This document shows, piece after piece, positions 1 through 8,771 of a stretch of DNA of 64,000 nucleotides. How positions within the stretch are numbered: the first letter of the stretch is position 1; every line of letters begins with the position of its first letter. The notes beneath the pieces are model-generated. The model was given only the letters and a program-made list of their open reading frames with translations, was not told the DNA's origin and ran no database searches. The translations under genes were made by a program, and so were the position numbers. The stretch comes from Alphaproteobacteria bacterium (GTDB lineage: Bacteria; Pseudomonadota; Alphaproteobacteria; RF32; CAG-239): NCBI GenBank assembly GCA_045577985.1, contig JAZNJJ010000003.1:87192-151191 (forward strand). Reading direction: 5' to 3'.

Positions 1-286
1 ATTAAACCGCAAATAATTAAATATGAAATGATAAAAGAAGGTATAATAAATGGATTTTCTGAATTGCCATAACAAAAGAAAGCCAAAGAAGTAGTTAATA
101 TTAAACCTGTTAAGAAAAAAGCTATAGTTTTTTGTAAATTCATATTTATTTCTCTGTACATATACACCAATTAATTTTCTATAAAAGTAATATATTATTT
201 TTTACATTGTTACAATAAGAATATTCAATATATGCAATTTCTTAATCATTAATTGATATTGTACCGTTAATTAAATGGAGGATAAT

Positions 287-1414
287 ATGAAAGTTGATGA
301 AAGATTATATCATTTAGCGGAAAATGTTTTGAAAAATTCACTAAATTTAAAAAAGGGTGAAACTATATACATCGAAACATTTAGTTCATGTACAAAAGAC
401 TTTCTTAATGAGCTTATAAAAGCAACAATAAAAATTGGAGCAACACCTTTTTATTTCCATAATGATAATAGTTATAAAAAAAGTTTGATGGAAGGGGCAA
501 CTTCTCAACAAATTGAAAGATATACTTCGTTACACAAATATTTAATGGAAAAATCTGACTGTTATATTGCGGTTAGAGGGTATGATGACATATTTGCTCT
601 ATCAGATATAAAAGATAAATATATGGAACAATATTGCAAGATTTTTGATGAGCAAGTTCATATGCGTACACGCTTGCCTAAAACACGTTGGTGTGTGATG
701 AGATACCCTAATAATACAATGGCTGCATTATCACGGATGTCATTAGAAAAATTTGAGGATTTTTACTTCAAAGCCTGCCTTTTAGATTACAAGAAAATGG
801 GAAAAGCTATGAAGAATTTGAAAAAATTAATGGATAAAACAAATTACGTTCATATAAAAGGTAAAGATACCGATTTAACATTTTCTCTTAAAGGTCAAAA
901 ATCAGTAATTTGTGATGGAAAAATGAATATACCTGATGGAGAGGTATATACAGCCCCTATAAAAAATTCAATAAATGGTTATGTGCAGTTTAATACAGAC
1001 ACAATGCATGATGGTGTATTTTATTCAAACATTCGACTAGAGTTCAAAGATGGGAAAATTATTAATGGAACATCAAGTGTAAACAACGATAAGTTCCAGA
1101 AGATATTAAACACAGACGAGGGCAGTCGATATATTGGTGAATTTGCTCTAGGTGTAAATCCGTATATAACATATCCGATACAAGATATTCTTTTTGATGA
1201 AAAAATATGTGGCTCATTTCATATGGCAATAGGTAATTCTTATGAAGATGAAACAAATAATGGCAATGTTTCATCAATACACTGGGATTTAGTTAAAATT
1301 CAAAACAAAGAAAATGGAGGAGGAGAGATTTGGTTTGATAATACTCTTATTAGAAAAGATGGTGTTTTTGTTATTTCACAATTAGATAACTTAAATCCCG
1401 AAAATCTTAAATAG
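287..1414 (+). CDS. Aminopeptidase, peptidase family M29 (AmpS/PepS-like)
   Basis: ORF 275..1414. Motifs PDGEVYTAP, YIGEFALGVNP, HMAIGNSY and IHWDLV are typical of M29 aminopeptidases. The second ATG at 287 lies 5 nt after GGAGG and is the likelier start. Confidence 0.75.
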   Translation: MKVDERLYHLAENVLKNSLNLKKGETIYIETFSSCTKDFLNELIKATIKIGATPFYFHNDNSYKKSLMEGATSQQIERYTSLHKYLMEKSDCYIAVRGYDDIFALSDIKDKYMEQYCKIFDEQVHMRTRLPKTRWCVMRYPNNTMAALSRMSLEKFEDFYFKACLLDYKKMGKAMKNLKKLMDKTNYVHIKGKDTDLTFSLKGQKSVICDGKMNIPDGEVYTAPIKNSINGYVQFNTDTMHDGVFYSNIRLEFKDGKIINGTSSVNNDKFQKILNTDEGSRYIGEFALGVNPYITYPIQDILFDEKICGSFHMAIGNSYEDETNNGNVSSIHWDLVKIQNKENGGGEIWFDNTLIRKDGVFVISQLDNLNPENLK

Positions 1415-1467
1415 TATTTAATATTTATATGATAGAATATAACAAAATACTAGTATGGAGATAGAAA

Positions 1468-2436
1468 ATGGCAAGAATTAATGATGTATTTTATTCTGAT
1501 ATATATATAACACCGGATAAGCAGGTATTTGTACCAGACTCTAGATCAGAAAATGGCTTAACACAGATTCAAGCAGATGATTTTAATGATTTTTATGAAT
1601 TACTTGAAAAAATGTATCAAGGAAAATCAAGTTATTCAGTGATTTATGAAGGTTATTTCTTTCGTGTAGAAAGAACAGTTTCAATGTATGGTGTTATGTA
1701 CTGTATGCGTAAAATGCCAAAGAAAGTTCCTGATTTAAATAGTCTAGGTTATCCTTTGCCTTTAATTAATTACTTAGCAAGTTTAGGTAATGCTTCTGGT
1801 TTGATATTACTCGGAGGAGCAACAGGATCAGGAAAAACAACAACAATCTCTAGTCTATTACGAGAGTTTTTAGTACGCCATGGTGGTTTTGCATATACAA
1901 TTGAAGATCCGTTTGAAATGCCTTTAGATGGTGAATATAAATCGTTAAATGGTTCAATGGGATTATGTAAACAAACTCAGCCAATAGAGGATTGTTGGGG
2001 TGCTTCTTTGCGTTCAGCCTTACGTTCTCGACCACGTTATATCTTTGTTGGTGAGATTCGAACCCCCGATGCGGCAAGTGAATGTTTGCGTGCAGCAACA
2101 TCTGGACACTTAGTTCTATCAACTATTCACGCTAACAATGTATCTGATGCTATTGATGCTATGGTAAAACATGCATCCGCAGGTGAAATGAGCGAAGAAT
2201 TGGCATTTGACTTACTTTCTCGAGGTATTTTAGCTGTAATTCATCAATCATTAGTTGGTGTTGGCAAAAAACGTCCGGTTGTTCAATATTTATTTGCAAA
2301 CCCGAATAGTAATCAGGGTGATCAAACTAGAAATATTATAAAGAGTGGAAAAATAAATCTTGCAACAACAATTGAAATGCAAATGACCAGAATGTCTCAA
2401 GGAAGACCATTATTTGATATTGTTGATAGACAATAA
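1468..2436 (+). CDS. PilT/PilU/DotB-like hexameric secretion ATPase (possible pilus retraction motor)
   Basis: 322 aa. Walker A GGATGSGKTTT, Asp box AYTIEDPFE, Walker B RYIFVGEIR, His box GHLVLSTIHANN. The N-terminal FRVER...MRKMPKKVPDLNSLGYP resembles the PilT N-domain. RBS GGAGA upstream. Convergent with the pilus operon. Confidence 0.8.
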   Translation: MARINDVFYSDIYITPDKQVFVPDSRSENGLTQIQADDFNDFYELLEKMYQGKSSYSVIYEGYFFRVERTVSMYGVMYCMRKMPKKVPDLNSLGYPLPLINYLASLGNASGLILLGGATGSGKTTTISSLLREFLVRHGGFAYTIEDPFEMPLDGEYKSLNGSMGLCKQTQPIEDCWGASLRSALRSRPRYIFVGEIRTPDAASECLRAATSGHLVLSTIHANNVSDAIDAMVKHASAGEMSEELAFDLLSRGILAVIHQSLVGVGKKRPVVQYLFANPNSNQGDQTRNIIKSGKINLATTIEMQMTRMSQGRPLFDIVDRQ

Positions 2437-2452
2437 AGAATAATTTGCCCCC

Positions 2453-2481
2453 AAAAAAAGCCCTTAAATAGGGCTTTTTTT
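2453..2481. terminator. Bidirectional stem-loop terminator between convergent genes
   Basis: AAAAAAAGCCC-TTAAATA-GGGCTTTTTTT forms a perfect inverted repeat with an A-tract and a T-tract. It sits between the stop at 2436 (+) and the stop at 2480 (-). Confidence 0.55.
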
Positions 2482-3025
2482 ATTGGAAAGTCCACATAAC
2501 AATATTATCTTGAGGCATACAAATATCCCGTGTGGAATATTTCTTTACAGGTAGTGAATTGTCTTCTCCCCACGAGAATTCAGTTGTTTTTTCTGAGGTA
2601 ATAACGGTTATCTTTTGCAATAACAACTGCTTATCTTTTGCTATAGTCATCTCACTTAGACTAATACAAGCAGATTTATTGAGATTTTTTAACGTAATAT
2701 CAAAGCTCATGTTATTAGGTAGACTAAAAGCTCCATCAATACCTTGTCCTATTTGGATATCAAATTCTTTTAATTGTTTTAAGTTCTTATCCAATAGACC
2801 ATTATCAATAGCACTTTGTGTTGATAGCTTCCAATACCCCGGTTGATCCCTATAATAGTTTACAGTTTTATCAGCTATCTCAAAAATCTTATTATGCAAA
2901 TCTCTATGAGGATTATGTAATAATACATAGCTCAATACAATACACGCAAAAACAAGGGCAAACATGATAATTAAACCGGATATACCACTAAGTCTAGCCT
3001 TTTCAAAATCAATGTGTACTTTCAT
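2480..3025 (-). CDS. Type IVb pilin-like protein (position of R64 PilS); atypical N-terminus
   Basis: The ATG at 3025 lies just after the upstream gene's stop; the longer track ORF to 3097 overlaps that gene. It has a short charged leader MKVHIDFEKARLSG, then a hydrophobic helix ISGLIIMFALVFACIVLSYVLL. The size is about 180 aa, with two C-terminal Cys (KSACISL, RDICMPQ) like a pilin D-region disulfide. It is the last gene of the pilus operon. There is no Glu at +5. Confidence 0.45.
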   Translation of the reverse strand: MKVHIDFEKARLSGISGLIIMFALVFACIVLSYVLLHNPHRDLHNKIFEIADKTVNYYRDQPGYWKLSTQSAIDNGLLDKNLKQLKEFDIQIGQGIDGAFSLPNNMSFDITLKNLNKSACISLSEMTIAKDKQLLLQKITVITSEKTTEFSWGEDNSLPVKKYSTRDICMPQDNIVMWTFQ

Positions 3026-3029
3026 TCTT

Positions 3030-4151
3030 TTAACCTTTACCCATAGAGCTTGTAATTTGATCTTGCATATCGAAAGTACCAAATACGGCCCAAGCAATAA
3101 TACCGGAAACCATCAACATTGCAGCCATATTCATTACTTCAGCTCTTTGCTCAATCAAAAATACAGATTCTTCAAGCCATTCGTTAGCAAGTTTATCCAA
3201 GGCCTCTTCAAAGTTGTCCAATTCAGAATAGATCTTTAAATCAGCAATAATCTGTTTATCTGGAAACTCTTGACCTGCTTTATCTAATGCTTGTCCTAAG
3301 TTATCACCGTTTTTAATATGGAATAAAGCACCATCAATACGTTCTTTCAAATATCTACTAGAATCTCTTCTTAATGATGTTAATGCCACTGAAACAGGTA
3401 CACCACCTTTTACCAACGCAGACAAAGCCAATAACCAAGTAATACCCGTGAAGATTTTATATAAAGACCAAGGTGGATAGTGATCAGCTTTAACTCTGGC
3501 TTTTCCTATCCAAAAACCAATTGTGGCATATATAGTTCCTCCGATAACAGGAAAGATTGAAAATGCTAATCCCCAATTTTCTTGAATCCATTCAGATAAA
3601 TCAATCAACGATTTTGCCGTTCCAGTCCATACTGTATTAGGTGCTGCACTTAACATAGGAGGCACCATGTAAACACCAATAGCATACAAAATCAATACAG
3701 ACATCATCAGTAAGAACGAAGGATAGGTAATAGCACTAATAATAGGTCTAATCATTCTAGTTGAACCTTCGGTAACTTTAATTAAGTTAAGTAAAGCACT
3801 TTCCAAATCAGAAACATCACCAACTGATAGCATAAGTCTTTCGCGGTTTGGAGCCCAACCTTTTAAACAGTCAGAGAAAGGATGACCTTCTTGTAAAGCA
3901 CGTCCCCATGCTGCAACAGAAACGGCTAGAGGATTATTAGGATGTTTACCCTCTTCAGAAAGACCATTATAAATCATTTCCAAGGCATTCATTAAAGAGA
4001 ACCTGTTTTTTAATAACGCTGCAAGTTTTCTATATATTTTCAACCGCCCTTTACCAGAAAAAGCGCACATAAATTTAGCGTATTTTAAAAGCCATTCATT
4101 ATTATTATGTAAAGCCTTACTATAGGCACTTTGTTTTTTTACTTCAGGCAT
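3030..4151 (-). CDS. GspF/PilC-family inner-membrane platform protein (R64 PilR-like)
   Basis: 373 aa polytopic protein with two GspF-like halves, e.g. GDNLGQALDKAGQEFPDKQIIADLKIYSELDNFEEALDKLANEW. It lies immediately downstream of the GspE-type ATPase. Confidence 0.8.
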   Translation of the reverse strand: MPEVKKQSAYSKALHNNNEWLLKYAKFMCAFSGKGRLKIYRKLAALLKNRFSLMNALEMIYNGLSEEGKHPNNPLAVSVAAWGRALQEGHPFSDCLKGWAPNRERLMLSVGDVSDLESALLNLIKVTEGSTRMIRPIISAITYPSFLLMMSVLILYAIGVYMVPPMLSAAPNTVWTGTAKSLIDLSEWIQENWGLAFSIFPVIGGTIYATIGFWIGKARVKADHYPPWSLYKIFTGITWLLALSALVKGGVPVSVALTSLRRDSSRYLKERIDGALFHIKNGDNLGQALDKAGQEFPDKQIIADLKIYSELDNFEEALDKLANEWLEESVFLIEQRAEVMNMAAMLMVSGIIAWAVFGTFDMQDQITSSMGKG

Positions 4152-4160
4152 TTAATCCTC

Positions 4161-5948
4161 CTAATAAATAGGTCGTTGATCTAAAAGACCGCACCAACGT
4201 TCAACTTCATCTAAATCGATGTAACCTTTTAGCATTCTTTCAATAGCAGCTTCTCTTAGAGGTCTTCCATCAAGTTCACTTACCCAATAATCAATTGCAC
4301 TTTTTGTATCGCCCTTAACAATTAATTGTAAAAAGTGTCCATCAGGTATAATAATTTCAGGGACGGACATACGTCCAATCACTCCTTTATGATTGCAGTA
4401 TTTACATCCTGGACCTCGAAGATACGTATTTTCAATTCCGTAATCACCTAAGGCTGTTTTCAATCTTTCATAGGATGGATCAGTCATTCTTTCCTTGATT
4501 GAAATTCTGCAATAAGGACAAATTTTACGGAATAAACGTTGAGATATTAATCCTTTCATAATTTCAGGATCACTCAACATATAAGGTTGCACACCCATAT
4601 CTCGTAAACGTGTAACAATTGCCGGTGCTGAGTTTGCGTGTAGAGTTGACCACACACTATGACCGGAAAGAGCGCCTTTGAACACCAAACTAGCTGCCGA
4701 TAGGGAACGAATTTCTCCGACCATCATTACATCTGGGTCAGAACGCAAAGCAGCAGACAAAGCTTTTGTAAACTCTTCATCTTTCTCTTCTTCGGTATTA
4801 GCGTTTGTTACCGGCATTTGTCGCGCTCCTGGGATCGGATACTCTGGGGGATCCTCCACGGTAATAACATTGATTTCACCATTTCTTTCTTGAATAAGTT
4901 TAATCATATTACGTTGAAGTGTTGTTGACTTACCCGAACCTGTAGGACCAGCAACAATATTAAGTCCTACGGCCGTTGCGCGTAAACGATAAAATAAGTT
5001 AAGTTCACGTTCTCCTAGACCTAAAGATTTTAAATCACCATTTCCTTTAGGGTTATCATCTGCGTAAAGCAAACGCATAACAAGGTATTGAGAACCAAAA
5101 GCCACAGGGTTAAATTGTAAACGAATAGCTAACACGTTATGTGGTAATTTTAGTTTACCGTCAGTACCACGTAAAGGTGTAGAACCTAGTTTTTGTGCGC
5201 CCTGAAATTCATTTTGAGCATAGTTGGCATCAGAAATATCCGCAGAAGCGAATGCTGCACGAACGAAAGCTTCACCCCATTCTTTTGAGTACTCAAGCTC
5301 TCTTTCCATCATACCGCTAACTCTAAACAGAACAACAGATGAATCCGCCACAATAACATGTACGTCTGATACTTTTTTTGCGGATGCTCTGTTAATAACA
5401 CTTAGAAAGTCTATCTGCATTTGATAGTCTGCAGATTCTTCGGCAGAAATATTAATTTGACCGGTACCACGTTCCGCAAAAGCATAGATAGCCGCAATTT
5501 CTTGAGCAGACACATATTTAGGTGCATGCATCAATAATTTTCGGCGTTTAGCAATTGCTGTAAAGTTTAAAACTTTACCATCGAAACGGTGAGTTTCGTC
5601 AATTAAGTATGTACCATCAGAAAATAATGCGATCATGCGGCGAGTTTCGCTATCTATACTGACCTCGCCATCTTCTAAAGTAAGTAGTTTATTTTCATTC
5701 GCAAATAGCGAATGTAAAATATTTTTATTATCATCTTCGCTATCATCTGTTGCAATATCGGAACTTTTGGAAGCGTTACCAGAGCTTGTGCCTTGTTCTT
5801 TTGCATTTTGAACAGGGGAAGGAGATGATTGTGTTACATTGTTTGTTGTGGCTGCAGAAACACCAGAAACAGCAGACTGAACTTTTTCAGTCGCTGTTTC
5901 CAAAGAACCATCTTTTGATGTGGCTATTTTATTTTCTTCTTCAGCCAT
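4161..5948 (-). CDS. GspE/PilB-family assembly ATPase (R64 PilQ-like) with disordered N-terminal extension
   Basis: Walker A GPTGSGKST, VEDPPEYPIPG, Walker B VMMVGEIRS, His box GHSVWSTLHAN, and a tetracysteine CPYC...CKYC as in GspE-type ATPases. The first 80 aa or so are Ser/Thr/Asp-rich low complexity. Confidence 0.9.
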   Translation of the reverse strand: MAEEENKIATSKDGSLETATEKVQSAVSGVSAATTNNVTQSSPSPVQNAKEQGTSSGNASKSSDIATDDSEDDNKNILHSLFANENKLLTLEDGEVSIDSETRRMIALFSDGTYLIDETHRFDGKVLNFTAIAKRRKLLMHAPKYVSAQEIAAIYAFAERGTGQINISAEESADYQMQIDFLSVINRASAKKVSDVHVIVADSSVVLFRVSGMMERELEYSKEWGEAFVRAAFASADISDANYAQNEFQGAQKLGSTPLRGTDGKLKLPHNVLAIRLQFNPVAFGSQYLVMRLLYADDNPKGNGDLKSLGLGERELNLFYRLRATAVGLNIVAGPTGSGKSTTLQRNMIKLIQERNGEINVITVEDPPEYPIPGARQMPVTNANTEEEKDEEFTKALSAALRSDPDVMMVGEIRSLSAASLVFKGALSGHSVWSTLHANSAPAIVTRLRDMGVQPYMLSDPEIMKGLISQRLFRKICPYCRISIKERMTDPSYERLKTALGDYGIENTYLRGPGCKYCNHKGVIGRMSVPEIIIPDGHFLQLIVKGDTKSAIDYWVSELDGRPLREAAIERMLKGYIDLDEVERWCGLLDQRPIY

Positions 5949-5956
5949 TTTCTAAC

Positions 5957-7507
5957 TTATTTCACAAACATTCCATTTCCAAAAGAAACTTGTTTAGATG
6001 AAGCTCTTTTTTTGCTAGAACTAGAGCTAGATGTTGAAGATTTGCTCGAACTACTAGAACTAGATTCTCTTTGGGTTCTCTGTCTATTTGATGTACTAGA
6101 GCTAGAACTTGAAGAACTTACATTTGCACCTCTAACATTTTTAACATCAGATTTAATGCTCTTCTTTTCTGTAGATTCAGGTGTTTTATCAGCTCCGTTG
6201 AATGTAACAACAGGCTCATATTCCATAACTGTTCCACCTGTATACAAATAACTCTTCACACCTTTATTATTAAATGCAATATAGTTATCTGTAATAGCTG
6301 TAACAACTTCGCCACCTTTTAACATTGAACCTTTATGAACAATAAAAGTTGTTCCATCTTTACTAACAATTTTCGCAATAATATCTCTACCTTGACCGGT
6401 AATATCCATGATAGCATATTCTTGAGACATATCAATAGCATTTTCGTCTAGGCCACTTAATGCCATATCTGCGAAAGGATTAGCCGAATTGCCAGCTTTA
6501 ATCTTCTTAACCTCATCTTCAGAATCAACCAAAGACTGTCTTAATTGACTAACCTGAGCTTTATATGATGTAATAATTCTCTCATGAGCTGATTTAGCTG
6601 CTTCAGCTTTCTTATTAACAGAAGTAGCTTCTCTTTTTATTGTTGCAATTTTATTTTCGAAATCAGCAATTAATTTTATACGTTCATCTTGCAATTCATT
6701 GATTTTTTGTTGCAATTCAACATTTTTAGCAACCCAATCTTGATTAACTCTAAGCATTTCGTTCATATATTCATTAAGAACTTTTGCTTGGCGAACTTTT
6801 TCTAATTCAATCTCTTTTGCCTTAATTTTTTGCTCTTCAGCCATAAGCATTGCTTGTCGTTCAGCCTCTTCATCTTTAATACGTTGCTCAGCTAAACGTT
6901 TCTTTTCTGCTATTTCTTCTTGAGCTTGGATTCTAGCTGCTTTCAGAGCCTCCACTTTATTTTTCAATTCTTCGCGTTTTAATTCTAAATTCAATAATGT
7001 TGTTTGTTTTTCAATATTAGACATTTGATTAAACAAATCACTATCAACCTTAGATAAGATTGCATTACCAAATCTTTCAAACGGAGATTTTGGAGCCTCA
7101 ACTTCAGGAATAACCTCTGTTGTGCTAGGAGCAGGAGCTTCAGAAGCAGGAGTTTCAGAAGTAGGAGCTACTTCAGGTTGAGTTGTTTCTGTAGTAGGAG
7201 CTACTTCTTCTGTAGTATTTACATCAACAGTTTCTTCAGCAAAAGGATCATCTTCTACAACAGGTGGTTCGCTAGAACTTTCAGTACCTTCTGCTAATAT
7301 ATCTGCAACCTCATCTGTATTTTGAGTTTCTTCTGTTCCCAAAATATCTCCAGTAGCTGGAATTACCTCATCGACGGGAGCTTGTTGAGCTTCTATCTCT
7401 GCTTCTGTTCCCAAATTAGGAACTGCATCTTCCGCAAAACAAGAATTGTGCATAGCTATCATTATTGCAAACGCCAAAACAATCATAACTATATTTTTAT
7501 TTTTCAT
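5957..7507 (-). CDS. Expanded PilP/GspC-HR-like pilus protein (signal peptide, acidic P/T/E region, long coiled coil, beta domain, poly-Ser tail)
   Basis: The start at 7507 (MKNKNIVMIVLAFAIMIAMHNSCFA) follows the upstream stop as TAATATG. The C-terminal MDITGQGRDIIAKIVSKDGTTFIVHKGSMLKGGEVVTAITDNYIAF matches the PilP/GspC HR-domain pattern. Its position equals pilP in R64 order. Confidence 0.5.
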   Translation of the reverse strand: MKNKNIVMIVLAFAIMIAMHNSCFAEDAVPNLGTEAEIEAQQAPVDEVIPATGDILGTEETQNTDEVADILAEGTESSSEPPVVEDDPFAEETVDVNTTEEVAPTTETTQPEVAPTSETPASEAPAPSTTEVIPEVEAPKSPFERFGNAILSKVDSDLFNQMSNIEKQTTLLNLELKREELKNKVEALKAARIQAQEEIAEKKRLAEQRIKDEEAERQAMLMAEEQKIKAKEIELEKVRQAKVLNEYMNEMLRVNQDWVAKNVELQQKINELQDERIKLIADFENKIATIKREATSVNKKAEAAKSAHERIITSYKAQVSQLRQSLVDSEDEVKKIKAGNSANPFADMALSGLDENAIDMSQEYAIMDITGQGRDIIAKIVSKDGTTFIVHKGSMLKGGEVVTAITDNYIAFNNKGVKSYLYTGGTVMEYEPVVTFNGADKTPESTEKKSIKSDVKNVRGANVSSSSSSSSTSNRQRTQRESSSSSSSKSSTSSSSSSKKRASSKQVSFGNGMFVK

Positions 7508-7508
7508 A

Positions 7509-8756
7509 TTATAACTCATAAATTTCTCCCTTATAGCTCCAATTTCCAGAATTAATATCATATGTTATAGTATTAACAGTTAACCCTGAAAATTTCATTA
7601 ATAATTCAATCCACATTAAAGGATCACTATTAGACGTAAAAGAATACCCCATAACTTTGTATCTATTACCTCTTGGTGATTGCCACGTAGTTGGTGACAT
7701 TTTTATATCTATACCAAGACCTTGATTTAAGTCATTGATAATATCAATCAATTCTTCTTCTTTATACTCTGGAGGTGAGTTTAATGTACTTATTTCACCA
7801 ATAGGTACGGTCACCATAAAAGTATTACCATCTTTTGCAATAACTCTGGATGAAAACTCAACTCCTGAAACATCAAGAGCTTGCTCCATCCACATCATTC
7901 GACCTAATTCTCTTTTCCAAGATGTTACTAAACCTGTTGCTGGCTCACAAGTAACACCTTCTAATTTCCATCCTGGAGTTACAATCTGAACAACCTTTTT
8001 TGTTGCTTCAAAGCAATTTTTCATAACATCAATAGGATTCTCCAGTTTTTCCCATGGTTTAGGTTCAGGAGGAATAAATACCGGAGCCTCAACCTGCTCG
8101 ACTGGTGCAATTACCGGCGCATCAGGAGCGGTAAAAAACATACTCTGTAAGCTTGAATAACCAAACCAACCAATGATGGCAAAACCAATAACAATGATAA
8201 CAAGCATAATACCATCATTATTAGCACTTATCTTATCCAGCTTAACAGTTAAACCTTTTTTTAATAGTTTTCCTATTTCATCACTCTTAGTGTCTTCAAT
8301 ACCCCACTCAGGAGGAGCAAAGATCATATCCCAATCTGGCACTGCCAACATTGAAATAAATTGATCTTTTGCATCTTTTTCATCAACATAAAGAGTATCA
8401 CCATCTGATAATATCACATCGTTTCTAAAACAGATATACCACCATCCGGTATCAACTTTGAATACACCAAGAAAGGAAGTTACGTTTCCCAATCCTGAAA
8501 CAAGAGACACTGCAGCAGAAGGAATGCCACGAGTAAATCCTTGAGCTGAAGAAGCCAAACCAAATTGTGATGATTTACCTTTTCTTACAGCATATAAATC
8601 TGCACCTTCAAGAATATTTTCAGCAGCTTCTTTAACTTCATTTAGTGGATTATCTTCATCCAAGAGTGGTTGCCAAAACAGACTCGCTGCATATGTCACC
8701 CCATCCTCAGTAAAGGACGATTTCCACGCTTTTTCTTCAGTTTGATCTTCAGCCAC
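7509..8756 (-). CDS. Bitopic inner-membrane pilus assembly protein (R64 PilO / BfpC / GspL class by topology and position)
   Basis: 415 aa with a single central TM (IMLVIIVIGFAIIGWFGYSSL) separating cytoplasmic and periplasmic halves of about 190 aa each. It sits between the secretin and the PilP-like gene. The assignment rests on synteny and topology only. Confidence 0.4.
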   Translation of the reverse strand: MAEDQTEEKAWKSSFTEDGVTYAASLFWQPLLDEDNPLNEVKEAAENILEGADLYAVRKGKSSQFGLASSAQGFTRGIPSAAVSLVSGLGNVTSFLGVFKVDTGWWYICFRNDVILSDGDTLYVDEKDAKDQFISMLAVPDWDMIFAPPEWGIEDTKSDEIGKLLKKGLTVKLDKISANNDGIMLVIIVIGFAIIGWFGYSSLQSMFFTAPDAPVIAPVEQVEAPVFIPPEPKPWEKLENPIDVMKNCFEATKKVVQIVTPGWKLEGVTCEPATGLVTSWKRELGRMMWMEQALDVSGVEFSSRVIAKDGNTFMVTVPIGEISTLNSPPEYKEEELIDIINDLNQGLGIDIKMSPTTWQSPRGNRYKVMGYSFTSNSDPLMWIELLMKFSGLTVNTITYDINSGNWSYKGEIYEL

Positions 8757-8771
8757 GAGTGCCTCCTATGT

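Noticed and set aside
1-143. An open reading frame on the minus strand runs off the left edge (MNLQKTIAFFLNRFNINYFFGFLLLWQF...). It could be the N-terminus of a membrane protein such as the missing prepilin peptidase.
   Set aside because: Only 47 codons are visible, with no diagnostic motif, and AT-rich sequence gives such frames by chance. It cannot be supported as a feature.
1062-2846. Track ORFs 1062..1277(-), 1850..2122(-) and 2532..2846(+), and many similar short ORFs throughout (e.g. 4678..4893, 5224..5424, 6012..6251, 7735..7989, 10717..11043, 11651..11968, 41863..42252, 48286..48630, 55993..56367, 57736..58047).
   Set aside because: Each lies entirely inside, and antisense to or out of frame with, a much longer ORF that has strong family motifs. 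They lack RBSs and have odd composition, so they are shadow ORFs.
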